Of a DNA stretch of 64,000 bases, positions 15,101 to 28,396 are shown in pieces. The notes beneath the pieces were generated by a model that saw nothing but the letters and a program-made list of their open reading frames with translations, was not told where the DNA came from and did no database searches. Made by a program: the position numbers and the translations under genes. Each line of letters opens with the position of its first letter. Positions within the stretch are counted from its first letter, which is position 1. Origin of the DNA: Fistulifera solaris (Eukaryota); assembly GCA_030295235.1 (NCBI GenBank), contig AP026123.1, forward strand, positions 558,001-622,000, written 5' to 3'.

Positions 15101-16057
15101 CCGACTGAGTGTACTTGTAACTTTCTTTGCAGAAATAGAGGGGTAAAAAGCCGATTCCTCCTACGGTGATGGCCGACATTAAAATCGCAATCATGCAAAT
15201 GGTCACTTTCTCACTGCGAGAATAAAATGAACATGTTAGTAACTGATGCCGCAAAACAGGTAGCAAACAAGACGAATGCCGCAAGCAACAAAAGTCGAAT
15301 TCAAAGACAAGGACCAGAATTGACAAGAAACGTACCGCCACGCTTGTTTCGGACCAGCACCCTCTTTCGGAACACAAGCATCCGGTATCAAGAAAGTACA
15401 GATAAAAGCAAGCGATCGCCAAGCCTGCGATCCAGGAGGACTTTCGGGACGCTTGTAATCTTGCAAAGGCGGCTCAAATCCGTTTTTGGCCCGCTTTGAA
15501 TTTTTGGAGGCCGCCGAACGCGCACTTCTCGCACTGCGAATACTGTGCACCGATTTCGAGCTGGTACTGCGTCCACTGCGATTCGATCGATTGCTTCGTA
15601 CACTGCGATCTTCGTGACTACCGACCGAAGTGTCGTCGGCGGCAGCTTCGCCGGGTGCGACCGACAATCCGTGTCGATACTCGTCGTACAATGCAGCATC
15701 GCCATCGCGAGGAGGTCCAGCGTATCCGTCATAGGGAATGGGCATTTCCTCGGGGTAGCGAGGAGGCGGGTAATTTCCATGAGGATATGCGCCAGGAGGA
15801 ATGTATCCGCTACCCAGACTACGTTCGTCGCGATAGCCTTGACTGTAGGCCGTCGAGTTGCCCCCATAAGAAGTTCCTGCATACGAAGTGCCCCCGTAGG
15901 ATGTTCCTGTAAACGACCCCGAGTAAGAGGCAGATCCTTGCAGCTGCTGTTTCAACATCATCACCTGTTCCGCCAGTTCCGCTTTCTCTCGAGCTAAACG
16001 TTCCGCTTCTTCGGGAGTGTAATGGCCGTTGTGGCCCATTCCGTTCTCCGGCATCAT
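12180..16057 (-). CDS. CHS: Chitin synthase A (GT2, division-2 type with cytochrome-b5-like domain), multi-intron
   Basis: VPCYNEG, NRGKRDSQ, IDADT, CVTCLPGCFTM, GEDR, SQRRRWINS, MDDFSWG; cyt-b5-like WITIFGTIYD..HPGG. Confidence 0.95.
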
Positions 16058-17074
16058 TGTGGATTCTTCAAATTGTGTCTGCCGCAGACGACTTTAGAAA
16101 AAGGCAAGATTCTCTTTGTGTTCTTGACAATCAAAAGAACGTTGTTGATGAAGTCCTTTTCGTCGACAGAAACAAATAAAAAATAATTGAGGTGCAGCTT
16201 GACCCGTCTCCACCGCAATGCTGTGTTTAGGTTTTAGAGTCTTTCGAGAAATTTTTAGTACCGTATCCAATTCGCGACTCTGCACTGGCTGTATGTATAG
16301 TTCACGTTCTATAGACCCCTAAGTGAAAAAGAACACAAGATAGTTTGTTGGACCGGGCTTAAGATGGCCGTGCCTGACAGCTACACTAAAAGCTATAGTT
16401 TCAATCCCTAATGCCAATTGTTTATTGGTTTTGATTGGCTTATCTACGCCAACTAAGCACAGTTCGATGTGCCCTTTGCCAACGAATAATCGAATCACGT
16501 TTCTGAGTTGACATTTAGACAAAGAGCGAAACGTAAAACGCGCCAAGAGCCAGCAAGGATTCTTTCGCCCTTTTTATTTTTTACCGCACAGCGCACAGCT
16601 CATTTTTTCGTTCACTTGTATGTGAAACGTATTCGCTGAACCGGTGCGATGAAAAATATCCATTAACACGGATTACGGTATCGGTCATTGACTATTGCCC
16701 CTGTCGTAGTGTGAAACTCCCATTTTACACCCATCGAATTTATGCAGTAGTGCGGTCCCGGTTCCACCCGTGCCGGTACTCAGGAAAAGCTTGTGAGTAC
16801 AGTACGACCTATTGTAATAAATCTCACTCCGTTTATGGTTCCGCGTCCTTTTGACCCTCTTGTTTTCAAAAGTCAAAAGCGCTTGGGCCGCCAGCATCTT
16901 GTCGGCCAAGAAAACGGAGGCCAACAAATCCATTGCCGTGAAAGTGTGTCTTGACGATTCACTAATCCCTTTTGACTTGCAATTTAACAAAGAGACTCTT
17001 CTCTCACTGAATCTATTTGAATACTCATTTGATTAGTAAAGAGCGAGCCGCAGAGACTCTTTGATTACGAGAAA

Positions 17075-20000
17075 ATGGACACTTCGACAATCTCTTCCAC
17101 CAAGTCGGAAAAGTCGTCCTCGCACGCCTTGTCCGTGTTGGCGAAAATGATGCATGAACAAACCGAATTGGTGAATGCCATGGCGGCAGCCGCAAATCGC
17201 CCCGCACGAACTCCGGAAGAAGCCGCGCGGATCGCTCAAGAAAAAGAAGAACTCGCGCAGCGTGTCTTGTACTTGCAAGGGCAAATGGCGGCCGCGACCG
17301 AAGATGCGAGTCGCATGAGTGCCGGCGGATCGACGTTTGCGGGGGGATCTATATTACCGCCGGGATCGACGTTTACGGCGGGAAATTCGACGTATGTTGA
17401 TTCGCAAGGGGGTCGACATTCCCGGGGAGCTATGTCGACGGAAACATCCCTCCGGGGCCGTATGCGGGTCATCCGGGCTTTGCCAACGGTCCACCGGTTT
17501 ATCCAGGAGGTTATCCTCCTCATCAATTCCATGGACCAGGTCCAATTTATCCGGGGGCTATCCGGTTGGCGCAGCCTATCCTCCTAGTGTGGGTTATTCG
17601 CAGGATGGCTATTCGCAGGGTTACTCCCACGACGGTCGTTCACAAGGTTACTCGCACGATGGCCATTCATATCATTCACAGGGGTATCCACACGCCCCGT
17701 ATCCCCCGGGTGGATACGATCTACCTCCAGGGCCGCCGCCTTACAATGGGCACATGGTACCGCCCGGTCCTTACCCCATGGACCCTCACGAACGAAGTCA
17801 AGGATACGGTGGGGCTCCCTACATCAGCGGAGGTTCCTCGGTGCACAGCGGCATGGGACGCAGTGTTCGAAGCAGTCACAGTGTTCGTAGTAGTCATAGC
17901 GTCCGCAGCAGTCACAGTCGCTCAAGTCGCAGCCGCGGAGCGCATCAACCCTATGATGTCGAAGTCACGTACGGTGCCGGACCCCGGGTTCCGATTGTCG
18001 TTTCGGCCGATTTCAACGGCCCGCCCATGGGTCGTTCCGATGATGAGTATTCGATGGGCAGTCAAAGCTACCATAGTAACAGAAGCGGACGGTCGAATCG
18101 TAGTGGCCGCAGCAACAAGAGTAGTCGCAGCACTGGCGTCTCTATCAGCAGTGGTCGCAGTTCGCGCAGTGGAAAGAGTTCCAAGAAGAAAAAGAAAAAC
18201 CATGGCTTTGAACCTCCCATTGAAGAGTTTGTTCGAGAAGAGAATCCACCGGGTTCGCGTACTTGGAAAAACATTTCTCGAGCTTGCACGTTTCTGGTGC
18301 CCGATGCGTGTGTCCCGAAAGAAGGAGCTGGTCCGAAGCAGGCGTGGCGGTAAGTGATACATGCAACAAATTTTGACAGAAAAGAGTTGTCCAAGATCGA
18401 TTCTAACGTTTCCATTTGCAATTGTAGTGAGAAAATTACCATTTGCTTGATTGCCATCTTCTTTTCTTTGCTCATCGTTGGTGGTATTGGTTTTCTGCCC
18501 ATCTTTTTCTGCCGATCATCGACCAGATTTACTGCAGAGGAAGCCAAGGAGGAGAATCTGATTGGGTTACCGTGTACGGTAACCTCTATAATTTGGGTGC
18601 CTATGAAAGTCAACACCCGGGTGGTGCTGACACGATTCGCGCGTATCGCGGCGAAGACGCGAGCAACCGTTTCCCCGACTTCCGATGGGTTGGATGCCAG
18701 AGTATTGCATGAACTCGAACAAGACAGATTACATCAAGTCCAATTTCATTACTCCCGAATGCGATCTGTCGGCCAAAGAAGAGGAAGGAAATCCTTTCTG
18801 TCACGTCAGCACGGTTGGTCTGGATAGTATTCGAAACCTTTTGAGTGATTACCGGGAAGGTGTGGTAGTTGTTCCTCAGTGGGATCTTGGAAAAGAACAG
18901 CAACAATGGATTCGCATCGACAAGAACATCTACAACGTTACCCAGTACGTGGATTCGTTGCGAGATCCTGCTACAAGGAGAATCAACACCAGCCCCTCGC
19001 ATCCCAACGCACTACTGAACGAAAATCTCCATCTCGTGTTGGTCAATAAGTTGAACCAAGACGCTACGTCGGTGTTTTATGATGTTTTCCAAGACGATGC
19101 TCAGGCGTACATGGAGTAAGTGAACTGCTAGCAGTGCCGACTAACATGATGACGTCGCAATCTCACACAGCTATCCGCAGATGCTTCGACGAGCTTTTTC
19201 TACGAGGCCAGGCTGGACGATCGGTATGATCCAGCCTGCCGAAGCATCGGTGTATTCATGTACTTCTTTCTCTTCTTCATCGCTGGTCTGCTTTTTGTGC
19301 AGGTTGGCTGCTCCCTTGTCTATCTGGCTCGAAAGCATCGAATCTTCCACGAAGATGATCTCCAGGCTGCTGTTATGGTGATGGTGCCTTGCTACAACGA
19401 AGGCAACACTGAGCTAGAGAAGACGTGCAACAGTGTTCTGAGAACCAGCTACCCCGTGGAGAACAAGGTGATGTGTATTGTGGCAGATGGTGTCATTACT
19501 GGCTCAGGAGAAACATGTAGTACGCCAGAGACTTGCGCCAAGATTCTCGGATTTGAAATAGACTTTGAAAAGGACGATACTCATCATTACCGAAGTTTGG
19601 GAAAGAATCGAGACAACTTTGCCGGCGTCTACACTGGAACGTGGAAGAAGAAGGACGGCGACATCGAGCGCGAACTTAAGTACATTGTGATAGTAAAAGA
19701 GGCGGACCGGAAGAAAGAGGCTCGAGTCGCGCCGGTAACCGTGGTAAACGCGATTCTCAACTTGTTCTCACGGGCTTGTTCAATCGTATTCATTATAATC
19801 GAGAGCCTAGCGAACTCGATATTGCTTTGGTGAAGGCCTTGTTTAGTCTCGGACTACCTGCCAAGGACATTGAATACTTGATGACGATCGATGCTGATAC
19901 TAGGGTCCACGAGGAATCGATTTCTCACATGGTTTACCACCTGGAGCACGACAAGTTGGTACTAGCGTGTTGTGGTGAAACACAAGTAGATAACAAGGCT

Positions 20001-21166
20001 GCCTCTTGGGTAACAATGATCCAAGTTTTCGAATACTACTCAAGTCACCATTTAAAGAAAGCTTTCGAGTCCGTGTTCGGTTGTGTCACCTGCTTACCCG
20101 GTTGTTTCACAATGTAAGCTTTCGCGAAAGTGATTCACCAATGAAAGCACCTTTAAACCGTACTCACCATTTTTAACGACAGGTACCGTGTCTTTACAGA
20201 CGAGTTGAAATGCTTGATCTCTAACGATCAAGTGTACATTGATTACGCCCGCAATGACATCCCTTCGCTTCATGAAAAGAACTTATTCGAACTTGGTGAA
20301 GATCGAATGCTTACAACGCTTCTTCTTCAGCACTTCCCGGGCATGCGTCTAAGCTTCGTTCCGGAAGCCATGTGCTGGACCATTGTACCGCATACATTGA
20401 AGATTCTTCTGAGTCAACGTCGACGATGGATCAATTCGACTTTCCACAACATGTACGAATTGCTTAAAGTTGAGACGATGTGTGGAATTTGTTGCCTGTC
20501 CATGAAAACTGTCGTGGTCATGGATCTCATTGTCACAATGATTCTCCCAGCATCTCTTGCCTATGTTGTTTACTTGACCTATCTCTTCGTGACCGAACCT
20601 GAGTCGATTGACATGTTTATCATCATTTTCTATGGTATCACTTTTGGTATGCAGATGGTGTCGTTCCTAATCAGATCCAGGTGGGATTATCTTTGGTGGT
20701 TCTTTGTTTTCACTTTCGTGGGTATTCCGGTCTTCTACTTTCTACTTCCAATTTACGCCTTCACAAACATGGACGACTTTTCCTGGGGAAAAACTCGTAC
20801 TGTTGCTGGCGGAGATGAAGGAAAACAGAAGTCAGGGGGGATGGAAAATCTAAGAGATTTGACTCGAAAGCTGACTTGTTACCGGAAGAAGCGGTATCGA
20901 AACGGCAAGGAGGATCAGTGTCTGGTACATCGCAGTCAAAAAAGCTCAGCAGATCAACGCGTGATTCGCAAACTGGTTCTACTCGAGGACCAAAAGGGGA
21001 TGCATCTATTGCTTCTGGGACGAACTCCGCAGTTTCTGGGGGACCAAGTGGCGCACCTTCAGTAATATCTGGGCTAACAGGGTTCACCGACGGATCCGGA
21101 TTCGTTGGATCTTCATCGGTGAAAGAATCCAAAGAAAAGTTGCAAGAATGCAAAGTGGAGCTTTGA
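17075..21166 (+). CDS. CHS: Chitin synthase B, paralog of CHS-A, divergently transcribed
   Basis: Same motif set (VPCYNEG, IDADT, LGEDR, QRRRW, MDDFSWG, WVTVYGNLY..HPGG); introns after AWR, YME and CFTM; several 1-bp frameshifts. Confidence 0.95.
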
Positions 21167-21448
21167 GACTTTATATAATATATTTTGTTTAACGTACTTT
21201 TCTTGTCAATTTCCATCCTTGTTCTCTGTATTGTATTTGACTCTAAGGAACAACTCCTTGTAAGACACGGACCCATTCGACTAAATCTGATGGCTGCTTT
21301 GAATAAACAGCTCCTGCACAACTGTGTAAGATCTTTTTCCTTTATTCCTGCACAAGGAAAGCAGCGAAAAAGATAGGCTACGGCTATTTGAAAAAGTTTA
21401 GTAATATTCGAAGTAAAAAGTAACAGATTAAATCCGTCGACGAAAAGT

Positions 21449-23296
21449 TTACGCCTCAACGAATTGGTTGGGATCGACTTCACGCAGAAGCTTTTCGTTA
21501 TCCTTCTTCAGCGTCGCCCCGCCACCAAACGCAATAGCTCCTTGTCCCTTCACACCAGCGGGTTTTCTTGGTTCGTACTTCTTCGCAGCCTCGATAATGT
21601 GTTGCTGAATCTCTTTCATGGGTGGAAGTTCCTTGCCAAGCGCTTTCTTCGCAACAACTTCCGCTGCCAACTTTCCTCCGAATACAGCTCCTTCCATGCT
21701 TCCAAGATATTTCTGCGACGTCCAATCACCAGCCATGGTGAAGTTAGGAATAGGCGTACGCTGACTTGGGCGGTACTTGTTGCGACCAGGGATAGCGGCG
21801 TAAACGGAACGTGGTACCTTGACCACTGCGTACTTGAGAAGCTTTGCCTTGGCGTTCGGATATGCAGAGCCCTGTTTCACTGTCGATGGCCACTTTTCGT
21901 CCGCAGCAATCTCGGTTGGGAATAGTCGCGCCAGTTCGCCCATGGTGGCGTCAATGATCTCTTCGTCTGACTTGGCGATCCAATTGACATTGCCACCAGC
22001 AAGAGGTGAGCATGGAGCAAACACAAGTTCGAGCATACTCTTATCAGGATCGGCGTATTCTTTGCAGGTGACGCTCATGTCAGCATACACAGACAGCAAA
22101 GGTGATCGAGAAAAGCACAAGTGATCAACGGCTTTTAACTTGCGATCAAACCACATGTGTAGGTTGATCACAGGGATACCCTCCAACTCATCGAACTGAC
22201 GGAAGTACGGCATGTTCTGCCATTTCATAGGAACAAAGCGCTTGACGATATCTACAGGCATGGCGGAAACGTATTCATCAGCTACAACCTTTTCGCCCGA
22301 GCGCAGCAACAAAAAATCCACTGAGCCGTCTTCTTTTGTTACAATTTCTTGGACCGGTGCATTTGTAAAGACCTTTCCGCCTCTGGCTTCAATGTGATCA
22401 ACCATGGGCTTACACAAACGATCGGGTTGGTTACCATCCAAGAACGCCATCTGCAAACCATTATCCTCATTGAGGAATCGGTTCATGGCTGTAAGAACCA
22501 CAGTCATGGATAGCTTGTCCGGGTCAATAAAGTCAAGAGCTTTTGCCATACTGATGAAGACTTCCTCGTTGATTCGTTCAGGCATACCGTATTTACGCAT
22601 GAACTCCAGAACAGAGAGTTCATCTTGTTCGTCAATAAAGTCCTGTCCTCGGATGAGCATGGGAATGAGCGGAGGAGCCGTTTGCAACTTCTCTCCCAAC
22701 GTAAGCATCTTTTGGTTGCTCAAGATTGCCAAAGCAAAGTTGAAGGGCGCAGGGATGCCCGGAATGAAATCAAAGGTGGTGAATTCACCCGGCAGCTCCT
22801 GCATGGCGAAAATCATTTTGTGCACTTTCCATTGCAAGCGATCGTGGATGCCGAGTTCATCGAAGAGGTTCATCATGTTGGGATACGCACCAAAGAAGAT
22901 GTGTAAGCCTGTTTCGATCCAATCGCCGTCTTTGTCTTGCCAAGCCGAGACTTTCCCGCCGAGAACGTCTCTGGCTTCGTAAACCACGGGCTCATGTCCA
23001 GCGTCACTCAAATACTTGGCACATGCCAAACCAGAGAGGCCTCCGCCGATGATGGCAACTTTCTTTTTGTTGGCCGGCGAGGCCTTGAGCTCGTTGCGAA
23101 AGGACGAGGATAGCTCGTTGTAAAGGCGATAGTTGTCAGTGTTTTCAACATTTGGCTTGGGATAATCTTTCATAACGAAAGTAGAGGAGGACTTCTGCTT
23201 GGATGGAATGCCCACGGGTGTGTGAGGCGCGAAAGCGAGTGTGCTCGAGGCCATAGCGACCGCGAGTAAGGAATAGAATGCCTTTTGCAAGTTCAT
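21449..23296 (-). CDS. PDS: 15-cis-phytoene desaturase, plastid-targeted
   Basis: GGGLSG dinucleotide fold, [38 protein letters not shown]; signal peptide plus TLA-FAP motif from Met at 23296. Confidence 0.97.
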   Translation of the reverse strand: MNLQKAFYSLLAVAMASSTLAFAPHTPVGIPSKQKSSSTFVMKDYPKPNVENTDNYRLYNELSSSFRNELKASPANKKKVAIIGGGLSGLACAKYLSDAGHEPVVYEARDVLGGKVSAWQDKDGDWIETGLHIFFGAYPNMMNLFDELGIHDRLQWKVHKMIFAMQELPGEFTTFDFIPGIPAPFNFALAILSNQKMLTLGEKLQTAPPLIPMLIRGQDFIDEQDELSVLEFMRKYGMPERINEEVFISMAKALDFIDPDKLSMTVVLTAMNRFLNEDNGLQMAFLDGNQPDRLCKPMVDHIEARGGKVFTNAPVQEIVTKEDGSVDFLLLRSGEKVVADEYVSAMPVDIVKRFVPMKWQNMPYFRQFDELEGIPVINLHMWFDRKLKAVDHLCFSRSPLLSVYADMSVTCKEYADPDKSMLELVFAPCSPLAGGNVNWIAKSDEEIIDATMGELARLFPTEIAADEKWPSTVKQGSAYPNAKAKLLKYAVVKVPRSVYAAIPGRNKYRPSQRTPIPNFTMAGDWTSQKYLGSMEGAVFGGKLAAEVVAKKALGKELPPMKEIQQHIIEAAKKYEPRKPAGVKGQGAIAFGGGATLKKDNEKLLREVDPNQFVEA

Positions 23297-23589
23297 TGTC
23301 TCTACAATGCGATGATTTTTGACTGATTCCAAACGTTATACCGTCGACACAGGCAAACCGTCGATCCAGGCAATGAATGACCTGGTAATTATCGAAAAGA
23401 AAGAGGTGTTTCTTGATGTGGTATCCTGACGGGCACGAAACGTAACATCCATCATTGACTTGGCCTCATTTTGTCATCTTTGTTGGCGGCCGCTTCTTCG
23501 ACGAAGGATGAATGACTACTTTCGGAAAAACTGTAGTACGTCAGCCAAGGGCAATTTACCGTCGACCGTCAGACGTCCTTTGAACGAGT

Positions 23590-23852
23590 ATGAATCAAAG
23601 TGTAGACGACGTTTTCAACGACTGCATTTTCAGTCATGAATCACATTTCGTGTGTGACTCCTCGCTCACTACTGGTAACGTCCATCTTTTCTGCTCGTTT
23701 AAATCAACCCAAGCGACTAAAATGTCCTTAGTTGCATCTGTATTCTACAAATCGACTTTTTACGGCAAAATCGGTGCGGATCATTGCCGTTTGTACTTAC
23801 TATACACCCAAAATGTTATTTTTAGGGAACCACGACTGCGTTTCAGTCATGA
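23590..23852 (+). promoter_or_regulatory. Dimer of the dispersed GACTG-N-CAGTCATGA module upstream of PDS
   Basis: cgactgcattttcagtcatgaatcac (23619) and ccacgactgcgtttcagtcatga (23830). Confidence 0.7.
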
Positions 23853-24182
23853 GTAATAATTCGAGCTATGTGCGACGTTGTTTGTTTGTGCAAACAAAAA
23901 AAAGTTGTGTCTATAGTAGCGCTATGGTTGAGAAGTGATGCATCGTTATCTAGTATCTTACCGGGAATCTAGGCGCTATGGTTCGTCAGGAACCGAAGCT
24001 TCGGTAGCATCAAAACGTGGTCGGTTACCTCAACTCATGAAAACATTACTTCAAAGTAGACATGCATTAAGGACGCTTTTGCTTTAACATGATCTTAAAT
24101 TTGTACTTATCATTATTTGCTCATTAATCTGATTTAATCATGACTCTTTTGTCATGTCACTCCGTCAGTGCGTTCGTACCTA

Positions 24183-24775
24183 CTAGACTAAATCAATCTT
24201 TGCCCCCACGGCTTCTAATCTCGCTTTGAGCTCTTCCGCTTTATCAGCACTAAGATCCTTCTGTAAAATGGTAGGAGCATTCTCTACGAATTCTTTGGCT
24301 TCCTTGAGACCCAGGCCCGAAATAGCACGAACTTCTTTGATGACTTTGATCTTGGCCTTGTCATCAAAACCCGACAATTGTACCGAAAAAAGCGCCGGTG
24401 CTTCTACGACTGGAGCACTTTCTTCCGCACTAGATCCACCTGTATTGCCGGACGCCAACATCTCTAACTGTCGTTCAATGGCGGCATTTTGCTTGGGTGT
24501 AATGGTCCTTCCTAATTTAAAGTTGATACTGGCCGTCAACAAAGCTGTTTCCATGGTATCCAGCCACAAAATTTTGTGAAAGATCGAGTCGACTTTTTGA
24601 TTTGTTCTTGTGTTAGTCGATGCGTCGTCCAAACGATTTCCTGACAGGCCGGCATTTCAACTTCTTGTTGCAGCCGTACGGCACTATCATGAAATTGCGC
24701 CCGTAAAGGACGTTCTAGACACCTCCGGGCGGATCTCAGTCCCAGTCCTGTACAAGTAGTACGTAATGGTAGCAT
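24183..24775 (-). CDS. Ribosomal protein L7/L12 family, probably mitochondrial (frameshift near 24595)
   Basis: [25 protein letters not shown]-terminal domain; Arg-rich N-terminal presequence. Confidence 0.9.
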
Positions 24776-25044
24776 TTGTAATTAACTCAAAGAAAATGCG
24801 CGATTAGAATGGAGATATAACAAGAAGGGCATCAATGGCTCATTTTCATCAACAACAGAATCATCAAGAAGGTCGCGCCTTTATTGCCGTACGACGTATA
24901 CTGCCCAGCAGCACAAATGTAGCTCGTGACTGACTCGTGACTGAGGTAACAAGACCTTTTCAAAAATAATGCTGATCGCGAGCCGGATCGATAGCGCCTC
25001 GAATTGTTTCACAACATTTATTAATCAAGTCAAGTGCATTTAGG

Positions 25045-26855
25045 ATGATAAAAATTACTACAAGTAGTTTGCTACGCTCTGTCTCTCGCTCAAACGAGCG
25101 TCGAAGACAGATACGTCGCCGCTTGTCGTCGTCGCAGACGTCGACTTCCTTTGTTCTTTCCTCCGCGGATAGCAACGGGTTCACATCCAATTCTGTCTAC
25201 AAATACTTCAGCAACAATGAATTTGTATCAAGTTCTTTCGAAGATAAACTTTTGCAGGTCACGAACCCCGCTACTGGTGACGTGATAGCTCATGTCCCCA
25301 GTAGTTTGTCTCCGGACGAATTTCAAACTGTTATGGACCGCGCACAGGAAGCCTTTCGAACATGGAGAACTGTGCCTCCTCAACAGCGACAACGTCTTTT
25401 TCTGGAATATCAACGCCTCATACGACAACATACAGACGAGCTGGAGGAACTTATTACCCTCGAGAATGGCAAAACGTTGGCGGATGCCCGCGGAGACGTT
25501 TTTCGGGGACTCGAAGTTGTCGAAACGGCGTGTCAAATTGCTTCGAGTCATTTACTAGGAGACTCACTGGCGGGAGTATCGAGAAATATGGACTGTATCA
25601 GCTACCGCGAACCACTCGGTGTTTGCGCGGGCATTGCGCCCTTTAATTTTCCGGCCATGATTCCGCTTTGGATGTTTCCTCTGGCCATTGCGGCTGGCAA
25701 CGCCTTTGTCCTCAAACCCAGTGAAAAGACACCCGGTTCGAGTATGAAACTGGCACAACTTGCTGTCGAAGCCGGATTTCCACCGAATGTTTTGCAAGTT
25801 GTACATGGATCGACCGAAATGGTGCAAAAGATTTGTCAGCATCCATATATTCGAGCTATTTCGTTTGTCGGAAGCAATGTGGCGGGAGAATCTATTTATC
25901 AACAGGGTACGCTTCATGGAAAACGTGTGCAAGCGAATTTGGGAGCCAAGAATCATGCAGTGGTACTACCGGACGCTATGAACAAGCAAGCGGTTGTACA
26001 GGCTTTGGTGGGGGCCGCGTTTGGTGCAGCCGGTCAGCGTTGTATGGCATTGTCGGTCGTCATTTTTGTTGGTGTGGACTGGGTAGACGATTTGAAGCAC
26101 GCGGCTCGAGAACTCACAGTCGGACCCGGATGGGAAACGGGAGTAGATGTTGGGCCTTTGATCACAAAGGAATCCAAAGAACGCGTGAAAAATATCATCG
26201 GACAAGCTGTGTCAGAAGGCGCCGAATTAATTTTAGATGGTCGAGATGTTACGGTGGAAGGTTACCGAAACGGTAATTTCATTGGTCCTACTATACTGAA
26301 GTGTGCTTCCACCAAGAATATTTGCTATCGAGAAGAAATATTTGGGCCTGTATTAACTTGTTTGCACGTGAATACGCTCGAGGAAGGTTAGTATACTTTT
26401 AAAAGATTCCTCGGTGCTGGTACTTCTTGCCCGTCTCACTTTCAATTCTACTTTTTGTTTCCAATCAGCGATTGCTTTGATTAATGAGAACCCATATGGT
26501 AACGGCTGTGCATTGTTTACATCCTCTGGCAGCACTGCGCGTTATTTTCAGAATGAAGTCGAAGTTACGCAAGTTGGTATCAGTAAGCTTCTACTGCTCC
26601 GTATGATCGTACTGATCGCAATGCTTCTAATCGTTTTTGACATCTGACGATCCGTGCTTTGCAGATACGCCCATTCCGGTGCCGTTGCCAATGTTCTCTT
26701 TTACGGGAGGAAAAGCCAGCATTCGAGGCGACCTGAACTTTTATGGCAAGTCCGGTGTTCATTTTTATACAACACTGAAAACGGTGACGAGCAATTGGCC
26801 TGAGATACCGCACTCTTCTTTGGGAGGTACGACGATGCCGACCATGGAGAAGTAG
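25045..26855 (+). CDS. MMSDH: Methylmalonate-semialdehyde dehydrogenase, mitochondrial; two 3' introns
   Basis: [63 protein letters not shown]. Confidence 0.95.
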
Positions 26856-27452
26856 TAATGTCGGCGCAAATTAATAATTCTGGCAACGTGACGGATTCAT
26901 AATTCGACGATTTTCTTGACTCGCACATAGTCGTATAGCATGTATAAGGTATGCGTTGCTTGTTATACGAAAGTTAAAGGTCGTTCTATGGAAATTTGTC
27001 GACTTGTGAGTAAGATTCGATATTTATTACTCCGAGCTAGGTAAAACCCCTATTACTTGTCCATCCTAGCTTGTCCATCGCAGTCCGTGACTTACGTCGT
27101 TCCTCAGACACAAATAATTCTCACTATCGTCTGTATGTCACCCGGAGCTTTTTTTCTGACGCCGCTCGACCGTCAACTTTCTCCCTCACATTCTCGACAA
27201 AAATAGTCGCCATTCGACTTGATCAGCAATAAACAAGACAATAATAATCACTGCCTGTCGATTACATCCTTGGAACATTCGTTCGCAGTGTAACCATCTT
27301 CATACGTGTTAACGATATCGCTCGGGGCTGATAAAGTGTCGGAATTTTCTCGAAAGCGACGGCGCGCTGTTATATCAATAGTTTCCGAAATAAGATCCGT
27401 CTATCAAATTGCGGCTCTGATTTCTCCCTTTTTCGTCTGTAATTTTCAGAAA

Positions 27453-28293
27453 ATGGTTCCCTGTTCACATCTTTCGCAGTCGATACATCGCCTCGCGCTA
27501 GCGAGACGAAACCTTGTTCACAATGTCGGACGGAACGCGTCTTCGCGGAACCAATTCGCACCGTCTTTGGATATTCTCGCAAGAACTCGACCTTTCCGTT
27601 CCATGTCTCGAATGATGATTCACTCCACATCGCTCCGGTGGGATGAAAGTAACGCGTCTACGGTAATAGCCAACAACGAAGCACCCAAGGAATACTCGAC
27701 GCCCGAGTTGACGCGCGATGCGGCCCTGCACAAAGCCGGCTTGGAGAATCCGGACTGTCCTTCGTGGCAAAATCCTTTGATTCACCAAAAATCCTCCCAG
27801 TGATCAAGTATTTAAAGAGGATTTTGCTAGTGAGGAAGCTTTTCAGGCGGCCGTGAATCCTGCGCCACCATTGGAAGACACCTCGGGGGCTCCTCCGGCG
27901 CCCGAGTATTTGAATGCTTTGGCGGATGAAATTGTAAATTTGACTGTATTGGAAATGAACGAGTTGGTGAACAAAATGGCAGAACATTACGGCTTTAATG
28001 AAGGAATGTTGTCTCCCGACGATGTGGCTGCGGGGGATATGGGTGATGGTGGAGAAGAAACCGAAGCGCCCGTGGCTAAGACAGTGTTTGATGTCAAGTT
28101 GACTGGTTTTGATGCTAGCTCCAAAATTAAAGTGATTAAAGAAGTTCGTGCGATTGCGGGTTTGGGTCTAAAAGAGGCGAAGGAATTTGTGGAAGGTGTC
28201 CCCGGTGTTTTAATGAAGGACTTGAAGCAAGACAAGGCCGATGAAATCAAAGCAAAGCTAGAAGCAGTCGGCGCGACCGTGGAAATTGCTTGA
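27453..28293 (+). CDS. Second ribosomal protein L7/L12, probably mitochondrial (frameshift near 27795)
   Basis: LADEIVNLTVLEMNELV oligomerisation helix plus [24 protein letters not shown]. Confidence 0.92.
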
Positions 28294-28396
28294 ATAAAAC
28301 ATTCAAAAGTAATAAAAACTATACTGAATTTTTTATTAGCAACTATTGTTTTGGTTTGTATACAATTTCAAAACAGGTAAGAATCAGGAGATTTCT

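Noticed and set aside
16309..16326. ctatagacccctaagtg, the left half of the dispersed module in the CHS bidirectional promoter
   Set aside because: The downstream GACTG/CAGTC dyad is missing; too short to count as a copy.
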